A stretch of DNA of 64,000 bases from Marispirochaeta sp. (GTDB lineage: Bacteria; Spirochaetota; Spirochaetia; JC444; Marispirochaetaceae): the NCBI GenBank assembly GCA_963676835.2, contig CAXXFF010000001.1, positions 1 through 64,000 of the forward strand, written 5' to 3'. The notes beneath the pieces were generated by a model. It saw nothing but the letters and a program-made list of their open reading frames with translations, did no database searches and had not been told where the DNA came from. Made by a program: the position numbers and the translations under genes. Shown here one piece after another: positions 38,700 to 49,436 of this stretch; the first letter of the stretch is position 1; each line of letters starts with the position of its first letter.

Positions 38700-39224
38700 A
38701 TGGTAACAATACACCTGGGTATCGGGGGAAATATTGGAGATACAGAAGCCGAGATAGCTCGTGCATTTGAATTTCTGCAACTGTACCTGCATAATCCGCA
38801 AATATCCGGGATGTACCGTACCCTTCCCAGAGATGATATAGATCAGGCCCCTTTTATCAATGCAGTCATAAAAGGGGAGACAGAAAAAAGCCCTGAGCAA
38901 CTGCTTGATCTTCTTCAGCACGCCGAGAAAGTTTCCGGACGCGTCCGTGACCCCTTAAGGCCGAAAGGACCGAGATCACTGGATATAGATATGCTGCTTT
39001 TCGGACGCTCAGTTATTGAGACAAGCAGGCTTACAGTCCCTCATCCGAGGATGAACTTAAGAAAATTTGTACTGGTACCGCTTCTTGAGTTGACACCTGA
39101 TTTATCCGACCCGGCGACGGGAAAATATTACGCATCCATGCTTCAGAATCTGCCCGATCAGGGTATTTACTTCCTTACCATGAATGAATATAGTGGTAGC
39201 TTGTCCTGGGGGGATATAAGATAA
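38700..39224 (+). CDS. folK: 2-amino-4-hydroxy-6-hydroxymethyldihydropteridine diphosphokinase
   Basis: LGIGGNIG, FINAV, GPRSLDIDML, PHPRM. Confidence 0.93.
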   Translation: MVTIHLGIGGNIGDTEAEIARAFEFLQLYLHNPQISGMYRTLPRDDIDQAPFINAVIKGETEKSPEQLLDLLQHAEKVSGRVRDPLRPKGPRSLDIDMLLFGRSVIETSRLTVPHPRMNLRKFVLVPLLELTPDLSDPATGKYYASMLQNLPDQGIYFLTMNEYSGSLSWGDIR

Positions 39225-39228
39225 TTTG

Positions 39229-40071
39229 ATGGAAACGCAGGCTGAAACTGAAAAACAGCAACAAAAGGATGACGGCTACAAGTTCAAACTCAATCAGTTT
39301 GAAGGCCCCCTTGATCTGCTGTTATTTCTGATTAAAAAATCCGAAATAAATATCTACGATATCCCTATATCAGAAATAACCGAACAGTATCTTGAGTTTA
39401 TTGAATATGCAGCCCAGGTCAATCTTGACAACATTTCCGAGTTCTATGTAATGGCAGCAACCCTGCTTTATATAAAATCACGCATGCTGCTCCCGGTGGA
39501 AGTCGATTTCGAAGATGAACTGGAAGACCCTCGTCAGGAACTGGTTAACCGACTGATAGAGTATCAGAAGTTTAAGAAAATCTCTGATCTTATGATGGAT
39601 AAGGAAGAAGAAAACGAATGGGCTATTGAAAGGAAAAAAAAGCAGCGTATTCTTCCCTTCGACGAACAGGAAGATATGTGGGACCAGATTGACGTCTGGG
39701 AGCTCCTGAAAACATTTTCCTCCCTTATTTCATCGATTTCTTCAGAACGGGTAATCGATCTCTATGAAGAAGTTTCCATAAATGAGAAAATCAGCCTGAT
39801 AAATGAATTGCTTGAGGACAAGGAATATTGCCTTTTCACCGAACTGATTATCAAGGAACAGTCCATCATGGAGGTGGTTTGTGCATTCCTTGCTATTCTT
39901 GAAATGGTTAAGATGAAACGGATTAAAATCTATCAAAACAGAATGTTCGGTGATATCCGTATTTCTCCCCATCCAACCGGCCTGGCCGACGCATACGTTG
40001 AAGGTGAAGAGGCAGATTACGATACTGACAATCAGACAGAGGAGCCGGAAGGAGATGAATCTGGAACGTGA
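39229..40071 (+). CDS. scpA: Segregation and condensation protein A
   Basis: FEGPLDLLL, IKSRMLLP, FLAILEM. Confidence 0.95.
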   Translation: METQAETEKQQQKDDGYKFKLNQFEGPLDLLLFLIKKSEINIYDIPISEITEQYLEFIEYAAQVNLDNISEFYVMAATLLYIKSRMLLPVEVDFEDELEDPRQELVNRLIEYQKFKKISDLMMDKEEENEWAIERKKKQRILPFDEQEDMWDQIDVWELLKTFSSLISSISSERVIDLYEEVSINEKISLINELLEDKEYCLFTELIIKEQSIMEVVCAFLAILEMVKMKRIKIYQNRMFGDIRISPHPTGLADAYVEGEEADYDTDNQTEEPEGDESGT

Positions 40072-40597
40072 AGCCGCTATAGTCGAAGCCATACTCTTTC
40101 TTGAATCAGACCCGGTGGAAGTTAAAACCCTGGCAAAGATAAGCAGGCTCGATAAGGATATAATTGAAGGTGCCCTTGAGTACCTTGAGAAGCACTATAA
40201 TGAAGATGGACACGGTCTCTCTCTCCGTGAAATTGGCGGCGGATACCTTCTCAGTCCCAAAGAAGACCTGTGGGAGGACCTGAAAGAGCGTTACGGAAAA
40301 AAGAATGATGCCAGGTTATCCCGGGCTGCCATGGAAACACTTTCAATTATTGCCTATTCACAGCCTATTACCAGAGGTGAAATTGAAGGAATCCGCGGAG
40401 TAAGTGCCGACGGAATGATAAAACTTCTCCTGAGCCGAAACCTGGTAAAAGAGGTAGGTAAAAAAGACGCTCCGGGCCGACCGGTTCAGTACGGTACAAC
40501 CCGGGAATTCCTAAAAGTTTTCAGGCTGAGCAGCATCAGCGATCTGCCGAAGCTGGATGAATTAAATCAGGACAGGTTTGAACTTGATGGAAGATAA
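40055..40597 (+). CDS. scpB: Segregation and condensation protein B
   Basis: VEAILF, LSRAAMETLSIIAYSQPITR, GRPVQYGTT. Confidence 0.95.
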   Translation: MNLEREAAIVEAILFLESDPVEVKTLAKISRLDKDIIEGALEYLEKHYNEDGHGLSLREIGGGYLLSPKEDLWEDLKERYGKKNDARLSRAAMETLSIIAYSQPITRGEIEGIRGVSADGMIKLLLSRNLVKEVGKKDAPGRPVQYGTTREFLKVFRLSSISDLPKLDELNQDRFELDGR

Positions 40598-41327
40598 AAA
40601 AGACGACGAAGTTCGTTTGCAGGTATTTCTTGCCCGATCAGGGGCAGGCTCACGGCGCGGATGTGAAGAAATAATCCGCCAGGGTCGGGTAAAGGTTAAC
40701 GGCCGCGTAATTAAAGAGATGGGCCAGAAGGTCAGTAGTGATGACATTATCGAAGTGGATCATAAAAGGGTTTATCCCGATCGACGTTTTATCTACCTGG
40801 CATTGAATAAGCCCAAATTTGTTGTATCAGCAATGAATGATCCGGACGGACGTAAAACAATTGATTTCTTTATCAAAGGAAAATTTCCTTTCCGTCTGTT
40901 TCATGTCGGACGTCTTGACTACCTCTCCACAGGGCTCATGTTTCTTACCAATGATGGGAATTTCAGTAAACACATAACAGACCCTGCCCGGGGTGTTGAG
41001 AAGGAATACAAGGTAGATGTATCCCGTACTCTCTCTCCAGAGATGCTGGACGGTTTTGTCCGGGGGGTAGTGATTGACGGCGAAAAACTTTCTATCGATT
41101 CTTACCGTCTCACCGGCGAAAAGAGCGTGCATATAATCCTCAAAGAAGGTAAAAACAGGGAAATCCGCCGACTTTTTAATCACAACAAGATACGGATCAA
41201 GAAACTTCATCGCATCAGAATCGGCGGCATCCAGCTGAAAGGTATGGTACCGGGAGAGTACCGTGTCATGAACAGCAGAGATCTTGCACAGCTCGGATAC
41301 AAGGCAGAGGGGCGTATATGGTCATAG
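40587..41327 (+). CDS. rluB: rRNA pseudouridine synthase (RluB/RsuA family)
   Basis: S4 domain, NKP, VGRLD, EGKNREIRR. Confidence 0.88.
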   Translation: MEDKKDDEVRLQVFLARSGAGSRRGCEEIIRQGRVKVNGRVIKEMGQKVSSDDIIEVDHKRVYPDRRFIYLALNKPKFVVSAMNDPDGRKTIDFFIKGKFPFRLFHVGRLDYLSTGLMFLTNDGNFSKHITDPARGVEKEYKVDVSRTLSPEMLDGFVRGVVIDGEKLSIDSYRLTGEKSVHIILKEGKNREIRRLFNHNKIRIKKLHRIRIGGIQLKGMVPGEYRVMNSRDLAQLGYKAEGRIWS

Positions 41328-41989
41328 CTCTCGACGGCCCCGCCGGTGTCGGGAAAAGTACAGTATCCCGGAAACTTGCTGAATTGGCGGGTTTTCATAA
41401 TCTTAATTCAGGTAATTTTTATCGTGCTGTTACCTGGGGGGCCCTCAATAACAGTATTAATACGTCAGATGAAGATGAGCTTGCCGAGTATGCAGGGAAG
41501 ATTCCCCTTGAATACACCGACGGCCGGTTAAGTATCAATGGTGAGGACATTACTTCACATCTTCATTCCGACGGTGTAGATAAAAACGTGGCCCAGGTAT
41601 CTTCTGTGCGTAAGGTGCGTCTCTTTGTTAACGAATGGCTGCGCAAAGTTGCCATGAATACAGATATCGTAATTGAGGGACGTGACATAAGTACGGTGGT
41701 TTTTCCCGATGCAGAACTTAAGGTTTTTCTCGATGCATCTCCAGAAATTCGTGCCAGAAGACGCTTTGATCAAGGTGTAAGTGATCTCAGTGTTGAGGAG
41801 ATCGCCGATTCCATTCGAAAGCGGGATGAGATCGACAGGAACAAGGAATGGGGTAGTCTTAAATGTCCTGAGGATGCCTTTTATCTGGACACATCGGGCT
41901 TGACCATAGAAGAAGTTTGTGACAAAGTATTACGTAAAATTCGAGAGATAAAGCAGACGACCGAGGAGACCAAGTCAGATAATGAGTGA
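41318..41989 (+). CDS. cmk: Cytidylate kinase
   Basis: DGPAGVGKST, EGRDI, RDEID; upstream of rpsA. Confidence 0.95.
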   Translation: MVIALDGPAGVGKSTVSRKLAELAGFHNLNSGNFYRAVTWGALNNSINTSDEDELAEYAGKIPLEYTDGRLSINGEDITSHLHSDGVDKNVAQVSSVRKVRLFVNEWLRKVAMNTDIVIEGRDISTVVFPDAELKVFLDASPEIRARRRFDQGVSDLSVEEIADSIRKRDEIDRNKEWGSLKCPEDAFYLDTSGLTIEEVCDKVLRKIREIKQTTEETKSDNE

Positions 41990-43682
41990 TCGAGAGCCCA
42001 GCAACGGAGAGATGATGCAATCCGAACTCCAGGAAGAATATCTTAAGAGCCTCGATGAATTAGAAGAGGGCCAGCTTGTTGAAGGTACGGTGATTGAAAT
42101 CGGCCCTGAGCAGGTGTTTATAGATGTTGGATACAAATCAGAAGGGAAAATTCCTACTGATGAATTTGATGAAAAACCTGCGATTGGTGACACGGTTTCT
42201 GTAGTGCTCGTCAGCAAGGAAGGTAAAGGCGGACAGGTAGTTGTTTCCAAACGCCGGGCGGACATGATGTCCTTCTGGAAAGACCTGAAAAATGCATTTA
42301 CCGAAAAAGAACCTGTAGAAGGTACCTTTATCAAGGCTATCAAGGGCGGTTATGAAGTTGACCTTGGATACGGTATTACCGCATTCAACCCCCTTAGTCA
42401 GACAGATGTGCGCAGGGTCGAAGAACCTGAAACATTTGTTGGACAGAAATCCAAATTTCTCATAGAGCGTTTTCAGCGTGAGAAACGGGCAAGAATTGTA
42501 CTTTCCCGCCGTTCATGGCTGGAAAGAGAAATAGAGAGCAGTAAGGAAAACTTTTTCAACTCCGTTAATGAAGGAGACGAAGTTGAAGGTAAAGTAAAGT
42601 CATTTACCTCTTTTGGTGCATTCGTTGACCTCGGCGGATTTGACGGCCTTCTGCATATCAATGACATGAGCTGGGGACATGCAACCAGGCCCAAGGATTA
42701 TGTCAAAAAAGATCAGGACATTAAGGTTAAGGTCATCAAGATTGAGCCTGAAACCAAGAAGATAAATCTTTCCCTCAAACATCTTACCCCAGACCCCTGG
42801 ACAATATTTGAAAGCAAATATCATGTCGACGATGTGGTTAAAGGTAAGGTTACCAAGCTTGCAGATTTCGGTGCCTTTATCGAAATTGAAGAGGGAATCG
42901 AAGGCCTTGCCCACGTTTCAGAACTCTCATGGGTAAAACGGGTGAAACACCCGAAAGAGGTCCTCGCTATCGGTGACGAAGTTGAAGTAAAAATCCTCGA
43001 CTACGATCTGGAATCCGGCCGTGTTTCTCTTGGTCTCAAACAGGTTCTTCCCAATCCCTGGGACTCTATCGAAGAGCAGTATCCTGTAGGCAAGCGGATG
43101 ACCCTTACGGTTAAAAAGCTGACCAATGCTGGAGCATTTCTTGAGATTGAAGCGGGTATTGACGGCTATCTCAGCGTGGATGACCTTTCCTGGACCAAGA
43201 AGATCCGCAACCCCTCTGCAATGCTCAAAGAAGGCGATGAAGTTGAGGTTTCTGTTATTGAGCTTAACAAGGAAGACCACCGCATAAGACTCGGTGTAAA
43301 ACAGCTCAGCGACGATCCATGGCAGGCGCTCAAAACAGCTTTCCCCAAGGGAAGCAAGATTGAAGGTCCCGTTACCGGAATTACCGACTTCGGTGTGTTC
43401 GTTAAAGTACAGGGTGATATCGAAGGCCTTATTCCCCGGGCGCACTGTTTCGGCCCTGGCGAAGAACCGGTTGAAGATCTCAATACCGTCTTTAAAGAGG
43501 GGGACAAGGTTACTGCAGCAGTGATTGAAGTCAATACATCAACTCAGAGACTTGGTCTTTCCATCCGCGATCTGAAAAAGAAACAGCAGCGCAAGGAAAT
43601 GGCAAAATACATCCACGATGAAGAAGAAGAGTCTACCTTTACTCTTGGAGATTTTCTCAAAGATAAGGGAATTGATTCTTAA
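41982..43682 (+). CDS. rpsA: 30S ribosomal protein S1
   Basis: Six S1 repeats (FGAFVDLGGFDGLLH etc.). Confidence 0.97.
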   Translation: MSDREPSNGEMMQSELQEEYLKSLDELEEGQLVEGTVIEIGPEQVFIDVGYKSEGKIPTDEFDEKPAIGDTVSVVLVSKEGKGGQVVVSKRRADMMSFWKDLKNAFTEKEPVEGTFIKAIKGGYEVDLGYGITAFNPLSQTDVRRVEEPETFVGQKSKFLIERFQREKRARIVLSRRSWLEREIESSKENFFNSVNEGDEVEGKVKSFTSFGAFVDLGGFDGLLHINDMSWGHATRPKDYVKKDQDIKVKVIKIEPETKKINLSLKHLTPDPWTIFESKYHVDDVVKGKVTKLADFGAFIEIEEGIEGLAHVSELSWVKRVKHPKEVLAIGDEVEVKILDYDLESGRVSLGLKQVLPNPWDSIEEQYPVGKRMTLTVKKLTNAGAFLEIEAGIDGYLSVDDLSWTKKIRNPSAMLKEGDEVEVSVIELNKEDHRIRLGVKQLSDDPWQALKTAFPKGSKIEGPVTGITDFGVFVKVQGDIEGLIPRAHCFGPGEEPVEDLNTVFKEGDKVTAAVIEVNTSTQRLGLSIRDLKKKQQRKEMAKYIHDEEEESTFTLGDFLKDKGIDS

Positions 43683-43693
43683 GCAATCATGGT

Positions 43694-45220
43694 ATGTTCA
43701 ATAAGACGATTGATGCGGGTAAGTTTGAAACTTTCATTGAAATAAATACTCTTATCAACTCCGATTATTCGGACCCGAAAGCTCTGTTAACCCGGATTCT
43801 TGAATCCGCAACGCGCCTCACCAATGGTGAGGCGTCTTCATTATTGCTGGTTAATCCGGACAACAACAAGCTCTATTTCGAAATTGCCACAGGATCGAAG
43901 GGAGCTGAAGTCAAAAGATTTTCCCTCAATATGGGAGAAGGCATAGCCGGCTGGGTCGCACAGAATAATCGCAGCCTTATAGTCAACGATGCAGAAAATG
44001 ATGAGCGACATTTCGGTGACATCAGCAAACAGGTGGGCTATCATACCCGTTCCATCCTTGCGGTGCCCATGAGGGTCAAAGATAAATGTATCGGTGTAAT
44101 AGAGATCCTGAACAAAAAAAATGTCAGTCTCTTTGAACAGGAAGACCTTGAATGGCTGGAAATATTTTCCAATCAGGCGGCATTAGCTGTTGCTAACGCT
44201 AAAAGTCTCCAGAAAGTTCAGGAAGAGGTGGTTGAGCTCCGGGACCGGATTGATCAGAAAGAGTACAGTACCTTTATCGGTATTAGCCGGGAAATCGGGA
44301 TATGCCTTGATATTGCTTCCAAAGCAGCGCTTACTGACAGTTCCGTTCTGATTACCGGAGAAAGCGGTGTCGGTAAGGAACTCATAGCAGAACAGGTTCA
44401 TAAAAAATCCGGCCGAAGCAGTGGACCGTTTATCAGGGTTAACTGTGCTGCACTGCCGGAAGGTATAATTGAGAGCGAGCTTTTCGGTCATGTGAAGGGA
44501 GCCTTTACGGATGCGGCTCAGGACCGGCGTGGTCGTTTTGAACTGGCCGATGGAGGAACCATATTTCTCGATGAAATCGGGGAAGTTCCCCTGCCCATAC
44601 AGGCAAAGTTGTTAAGAGTACTGCAAAACCGCGTATTTGAACGGGTAGGGTCTTCGGAACCAAGAAAGGCGGATGTACGAATAATAGCTGCAACCAACCG
44701 GGATCTTGTTACAGGTATAGAAAAAGGGGAGTTTCGTCAGGATCTGTTTTACCGCCTGAACGTACTGCCCATCAATGTACCGCCCCTCAGATCGAGACCG
44801 GAAGATATACAGCCTCTGGCCGACCATTTTCTTAAGGTTTATGCCAAAGAGACCAAAAAGAAAATAAGCGGTTTGTCCCCGGAAGCTATGGATATACTGA
44901 TGCGTTATGAATGGCCCGGCAACGTACGGGAGCTGCAGAATGTTATTGAGAGAGCTGTCGTTCTTTCTACAAACAGCCTGCTTTCTCCGGTGGACCTGAT
45001 GCTTAATAACGGGCAGGATGACGGTTCTACCATTTATCGCGGAAGATCTCTGAAAGAAGCGATAAATCTGTTTAAACGGCACTTTGTCATAGATACATTA
45101 AGACGTTATAATGGTGTCCAGACTAAGGCTGCTGAAGAACTGAATATCCAGCGGACATACCTTTCAAGATTGATTAAAGAGTTAAACATAGATACGTCTA
45201 ACGTAAAAGAGGAGTACTAA
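43694..45220 (+). CDS. GAF-domain sigma54-dependent Fis-family activator
   Basis: GAF (GEGIAGWV), GESGVGKE, ESELFGHVKGAFTDA, WPGNVREL, C-terminal HTH. Confidence 0.93.
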   Translation: MFNKTIDAGKFETFIEINTLINSDYSDPKALLTRILESATRLTNGEASSLLLVNPDNNKLYFEIATGSKGAEVKRFSLNMGEGIAGWVAQNNRSLIVNDAENDERHFGDISKQVGYHTRSILAVPMRVKDKCIGVIEILNKKNVSLFEQEDLEWLEIFSNQAALAVANAKSLQKVQEEVVELRDRIDQKEYSTFIGISREIGICLDIASKAALTDSSVLITGESGVGKELIAEQVHKKSGRSSGPFIRVNCAALPEGIIESELFGHVKGAFTDAAQDRRGRFELADGGTIFLDEIGEVPLPIQAKLLRVLQNRVFERVGSSEPRKADVRIIAATNRDLVTGIEKGEFRQDLFYRLNVLPINVPPLRSRPEDIQPLADHFLKVYAKETKKKISGLSPEAMDILMRYEWPGNVRELQNVIERAVVLSTNSLLSPVDLMLNNGQDDGSTIYRGRSLKEAINLFKRHFVIDTLRRYNGVQTKAAEELNIQRTYLSRLIKELNIDTSNVKEEY

Positions 45221-45898
45221 ATGGATAATACTGAAGAAAAACAGGCACAAGGCATCAATAATGCCATTGCAGCATGGATTCAGAAAAACCGGAAAATTAT
45301 TATTATAGGATCACTCATTGTGCTGGCTGTGCTTATTATTCTTGGATTATTTTCCTTGTTTGGAAATTCAAAGAATGATAAAGCCACTGCGATGCTGACA
45401 GATTTTGAAGAAGCATATTACGAGTGGAGTTCTGTGGATGAAGCTGAAAAGGAAGCAAAAGTTACCGATCTCAAGACTATTTTCAGTAATCTTGAATCAG
45501 GTTACAGTTCCACCTATGCCTATCAGCGGGCTCTTTTTCTCATGGGTGATTTCTATTACTACAACGAAGAGTGGGATGATTCCATCTCATCTTTCACTAA
45601 AACAGCAGAACTGTTTCCTAAAAGCTACCTTGCACCAATAGCTCTTTTTAATGCAGCGGCAGCACGTGAAGAGACCGGAAACAGCAGTGACGTACTGACT
45701 CTCTATCTGTCCATAGCCGAAAAATATACTGAAAGCTCTCTCGCGCCCAGAGCCCTGTTCAGTGCAGGAAGAATCTCTGAAGGTGAAGGAAACGAAAAGG
45801 CATTGACTATGTATAACAGTCTCATAGAGGAGTATCCCTCAAGCAGTTGGACAAAGCTTGCCAGGAACCGTATAATTAAGCTTCAGACAGGCAAATAA
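45221..45898 (+). CDS. Membrane-anchored TPR protein (YfgM-like topology)
   Basis: N-terminal TM helix then TPR repeats. Confidence 0.8.
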   Translation: MDNTEEKQAQGINNAIAAWIQKNRKIIIIGSLIVLAVLIILGLFSLFGNSKNDKATAMLTDFEEAYYEWSSVDEAEKEAKVTDLKTIFSNLESGYSSTYAYQRALFLMGDFYYYNEEWDDSISSFTKTAELFPKSYLAPIALFNAAAAREETGNSSDVLTLYLSIAEKYTESSLAPRALFSAGRISEGEGNEKALTMYNSLIEEYPSSSWTKLARNRIIKLQTGK

Positions 45899-45918
45899 TA
45901 TTTGATCAGAGGTTTGGT

Positions 45919-48321
45919 ATGAAAAAAGACAGGAAGAGATTAAAGATTTTTGAAACGAAGTATTTCGGTCTTATCATCGGTCTTATTCTTTTCCTGCTTT
46001 TCTTTTTTATAAATGAGACAACTTCGGTATTTGAAAATATCGAAGAAAAAATGCTTGATGTCCATTTCAGCTTCAAGAACATCTCACAGAAAAAAAGTAT
46101 ACAGGAAGGGGTTAGTCAGGAAGTTCGCAACCCTAAGATTTCAGACGACATTCTTATTGTCGGTATAGATACCAATTCACTGACAAGATTCGGTAAGTGG
46201 CCTTTTCCACGATACCGCGAAGCAGATCTCCTTAACTCTCTGGCAAGAATAAAGGATCAGAATCAACGGGAAAGGTCAGTTTTTCTTGATATCTTTTTCA
46301 TTGAACCCGATGAAAAGGCCTACGATGATGTCCTTCTCCTTGATGCAATAGGGAAAAACGACCGGGTTTTTCTGGAAACTGTCCTGTCTGAATTTGCACC
46401 ATCATCCGGCAACTATGATGATTTCTTTGATAGGCAGGGTGCGCTGTATGAAACCTGGGGTAAAATTGAAAATATTCGCGGTGAATGGCAGAATATCCCG
46501 GCCTTTTATGGACTTGAACCGCCTTTAAAGCCCTTCGCTGAGGCTACCCGGGGTTACGGGCATGCCAATTTCAACACAGATACCGACAACATATACAGAC
46601 GTCAGCAGCTGATTGCAAAATCTTCACGTCTGCTTGATCTGTACCGGCTCAAGGACTTGAGTAATAAACTTCCCGTGGATGAATCTGTTTTCGAACGGCT
46701 TGAATGGGTAGATAAAAATGAACTATCCCATACAATACCTGCAGATCTCTCTGCAGAAGAGTTTGATGCTCTTAAAAAGAAAATTGCCGCAGAGGCACCC
46801 CTTAAATCTCTGGATACAGACAATGACGGTAAGGTTGATGATACCTTCTATCTTATCAGGAAGTATCAGGACAGTTTTATTCCCTCTATTACCTTAGCTC
46901 TTGCTCTGGACTATTTAAACAAAACCCCCGATGACATAGATGTTGTGCTCGGGGAATATATCCTTATTCCGGAACCAGAACAGTTTGACGTTGAAACAGG
47001 AAGCTGGAAGCCCTACAGCATTGTAGAAGTACCGGCAGAATACGATAAAGACGGGGCAGTTGTCAGCAAAGCTGAAATGCGTGTTCTTAAAGAAATACGC
47101 ATACCCATAGATAAAAACGGTAATATGCTTATTAATTTTATGGGTCCCAAATCTTTTGCAGATCCGGAAGGCCGAAAAACATATCCTGTCCGCTCTTTTT
47201 CCGGATATGCGGCCAATCCTCCCGGCATAGATCCCACGAGCTGGCCTGCAACTAAAGCCCTGGGCAATAAAATTGTCATGGTAGGGGCGTTTGCCCGAGG
47301 TATTGCCGATGATGAACGGCCGACTCCATTCGGGCTGATGTACGGAGTTGAGATTCACGCCAACGCTCTAAACACGATCTTAATGGACAATTTCCTTTAT
47401 TACGCCCCGGCCTGGCTTAATTATGCCATTTTGTTCGGTGTAATAATGATCATCTCATTCTTTACTTCGCGGACTCAAACACTCTGGGCTCTGGTTATTC
47501 TACTTGCAGGGATACTCGGGCTGTTCCTTACTATCTCAGTGCTTTTCGAGTCACAGAATACGGTCATTGATTTCAGTCCTCCAGCCTTCGCTGCCATAAT
47601 GGCCTTTCTCTCCATTGTTGCCTACCGGGTAATGACCGAAGAGCGGGATAAGCGAATGATACGCAACATGTTCGGTAAATATGTTTCTCCCGGTGTAGTT
47701 GATCACCTGATGAACTTTCCGCCGGAACTTGGAGGAGTAGATAAACAGCTAACCGTATTCTTTTCTGACATACGGGGATTTACCACATTATCGGAGAGTA
47801 TGACACCACAGGAACTGCTGAATCATCTGAATGTCTATTTCACCCGCATGACGGATATTATCCTCGATTACAAAGGAACCCTGGATAAATACGTGGGTGA
47901 TGAAATAATGTGCTTCTGGGGTGCTCCGCTTCCTCAGGAAGAGCATGCACTGCTTGCCTGTCAATGTGCCCTGAAGCAGCAGCAGGCCCTTGATGAACTT
48001 AATTCCACCTGGCCTGAGAATCGCCGGATTAATATCGGAATTGGTATAAATTCAGGCATTATGACTGTTGGCAATGTAGGCTCTGAAGGAAGAATGAATT
48101 ATACCCTCATGGGTGATCCGGTAAACCTCGGAGCACGCCTTGAGGGTACCAATAAGCAGTACGGCACCACCATTATTATCAGCGAATTTACCTATGGTCT
48201 TGTTCGTGACAGAGTCACCGTAAGAGAACTGGATAATATCCGTGTTAAGGGTAAAAACAAACCGGTACTTATCTATGAACTTGTGGACTGTGAAGATACT
48301 GTGCTGCCCGGCGACCAGTAG
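45919..48321 (+). CDS. CHASE2-domain class III adenylate/guanylate cyclase
   Basis: GKWPFPR, MYGVEIHAN, three TM helices, FSDIRGFT, DKYVGD, VNLGARLE, VKGK. Confidence 0.93.
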   Translation: MKKDRKRLKIFETKYFGLIIGLILFLLFFFINETTSVFENIEEKMLDVHFSFKNISQKKSIQEGVSQEVRNPKISDDILIVGIDTNSLTRFGKWPFPRYREADLLNSLARIKDQNQRERSVFLDIFFIEPDEKAYDDVLLLDAIGKNDRVFLETVLSEFAPSSGNYDDFFDRQGALYETWGKIENIRGEWQNIPAFYGLEPPLKPFAEATRGYGHANFNTDTDNIYRRQQLIAKSSRLLDLYRLKDLSNKLPVDESVFERLEWVDKNELSHTIPADLSAEEFDALKKKIAAEAPLKSLDTDNDGKVDDTFYLIRKYQDSFIPSITLALALDYLNKTPDDIDVVLGEYILIPEPEQFDVETGSWKPYSIVEVPAEYDKDGAVVSKAEMRVLKEIRIPIDKNGNMLINFMGPKSFADPEGRKTYPVRSFSGYAANPPGIDPTSWPATKALGNKIVMVGAFARGIADDERPTPFGLMYGVEIHANALNTILMDNFLYYAPAWLNYAILFGVIMIISFFTSRTQTLWALVILLAGILGLFLTISVLFESQNTVIDFSPPAFAAIMAFLSIVAYRVMTEERDKRMIRNMFGKYVSPGVVDHLMNFPPELGGVDKQLTVFFSDIRGFTTLSESMTPQELLNHLNVYFTRMTDIILDYKGTLDKYVGDEIMCFWGAPLPQEEHALLACQCALKQQQALDELNSTWPENRRINIGIGINSGIMTVGNVGSEGRMNYTLMGDPVNLGARLEGTNKQYGTTIIISEFTYGLVRDRVTVRELDNIRVKGKNKPVLIYELVDCEDTVLPGDQ

Positions 48322-48351
48322 GAAGCAGGGGAGCTTTGTTTTAATAATTCT

Positions 48352-49053
48352 ATGACTCGCGGCTTACTTTGTTTAATCTCTATGCTAATTTCTCTTCTGT
48401 ATACCTCCTGTGGTATACCATCAGATGCATATTTGTATCCGCCGACTGCAACAACAAACTTTGGACTTGAAGATGATTTAATGAAGTTCAAAAATTCCAC
48501 AGACAATGATTCAATGGATATCGAATTTGTAGGCTTCCTGCTTTTTTACCGCATGTACTCAGGGACATCCGAACTTGACCAGGATGAATATCAGGATTAC
48601 GGAGAGACATACCTAAGCAGCTCAATTATTAATAACTATTTTGACATTGAAAATGAGCAGGGAATATACAGTTCACAACGTATTTCACTGTTTAAAGTTA
48701 TAGAGGTTAACAATACATATGAAGATGAAGATTTTGTTGTTACCCTTGATTTTCAGGATATAGCAGCAAACAGTGGTGCCGACAATGATCTTACACTAGC
48801 TTATTCAGGTGGTGATGTCGTACTCAATCCGCTTTACCGCTCCTTTAAACGTTCCGATAGTTGGCAGATAGACTATTATTTCAATAATACCTTATCTGAC
48901 TACCAGTCCGGCGATACTGATCTTCCATCAGATTTTGCCAGCAATATGCGCTGTGTAATGTGGGTTGTAGGTTATGGTTATAATCTTTCAGAAAGTATCC
49001 AAAACATATATAGTGAACCAGTATACATTGGTAATTTTGATATAACTTTCTAA
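48352..49053 (+). CDS. Hypothetical lipoprotein
   Basis: Hydrophobic signal ending LYTS-C (spirochaete-type lipobox). Confidence 0.75.
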   Translation: MTRGLLCLISMLISLLYTSCGIPSDAYLYPPTATTNFGLEDDLMKFKNSTDNDSMDIEFVGFLLFYRMYSGTSELDQDEYQDYGETYLSSSIINNYFDIENEQGIYSSQRISLFKVIEVNNTYEDEDFVVTLDFQDIAANSGADNDLTLAYSGGDVVLNPLYRSFKRSDSWQIDYYFNNTLSDYQSGDTDLPSDFASNMRCVMWVVGYGYNLSESIQNIYSEPVYIGNFDITF

Positions 49054-49079
49054 TTTTTTCAGTAAAGGAAAATCATCAG

Positions 49080-49373
49080 ATGTTCAGTTACTACTTTAAT
49101 ATCGCTCTTGTCTATCTGATTATAGGTTTTATAACAGCCGTTTTTTTCTACTTCTTTTTAAAGAAAGAGATATTCGGCAAATTCTGGGGAGCCTTGCTTG
49201 TAGCCTTTATCGGTTCCTTTGCCGGCGGGGTATTCGGCTATCTGTTTGATGACATAATAAAAACCTTAACCCGGATAAACGGTACGGTTAATATATTCCC
49301 GCCGCTCATTACAGCTTTTATCTGCATCTGGGTCTTTTCAAACCTCAGTGAAAAACAGAAGAAAGATGATTGA
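49080..49373 (+). CDS. Small membrane protein (three TM segments)
   Basis: Hydrophobic, Gly-rich helices (IGSFAGG). Confidence 0.75.
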   Translation: MFSYYFNIALVYLIIGFITAVFFYFFLKKEIFGKFWGALLVAFIGSFAGGVFGYLFDDIIKTLTRINGTVNIFPPLITAFICIWVFSNLSEKQKKDD

Positions 49374-49436
49374 ACCCACGACCACAACTTCCGATAATGT
49401 ATATTCTGTCTACCTGAATGTGTAAGGATTTTTTGT

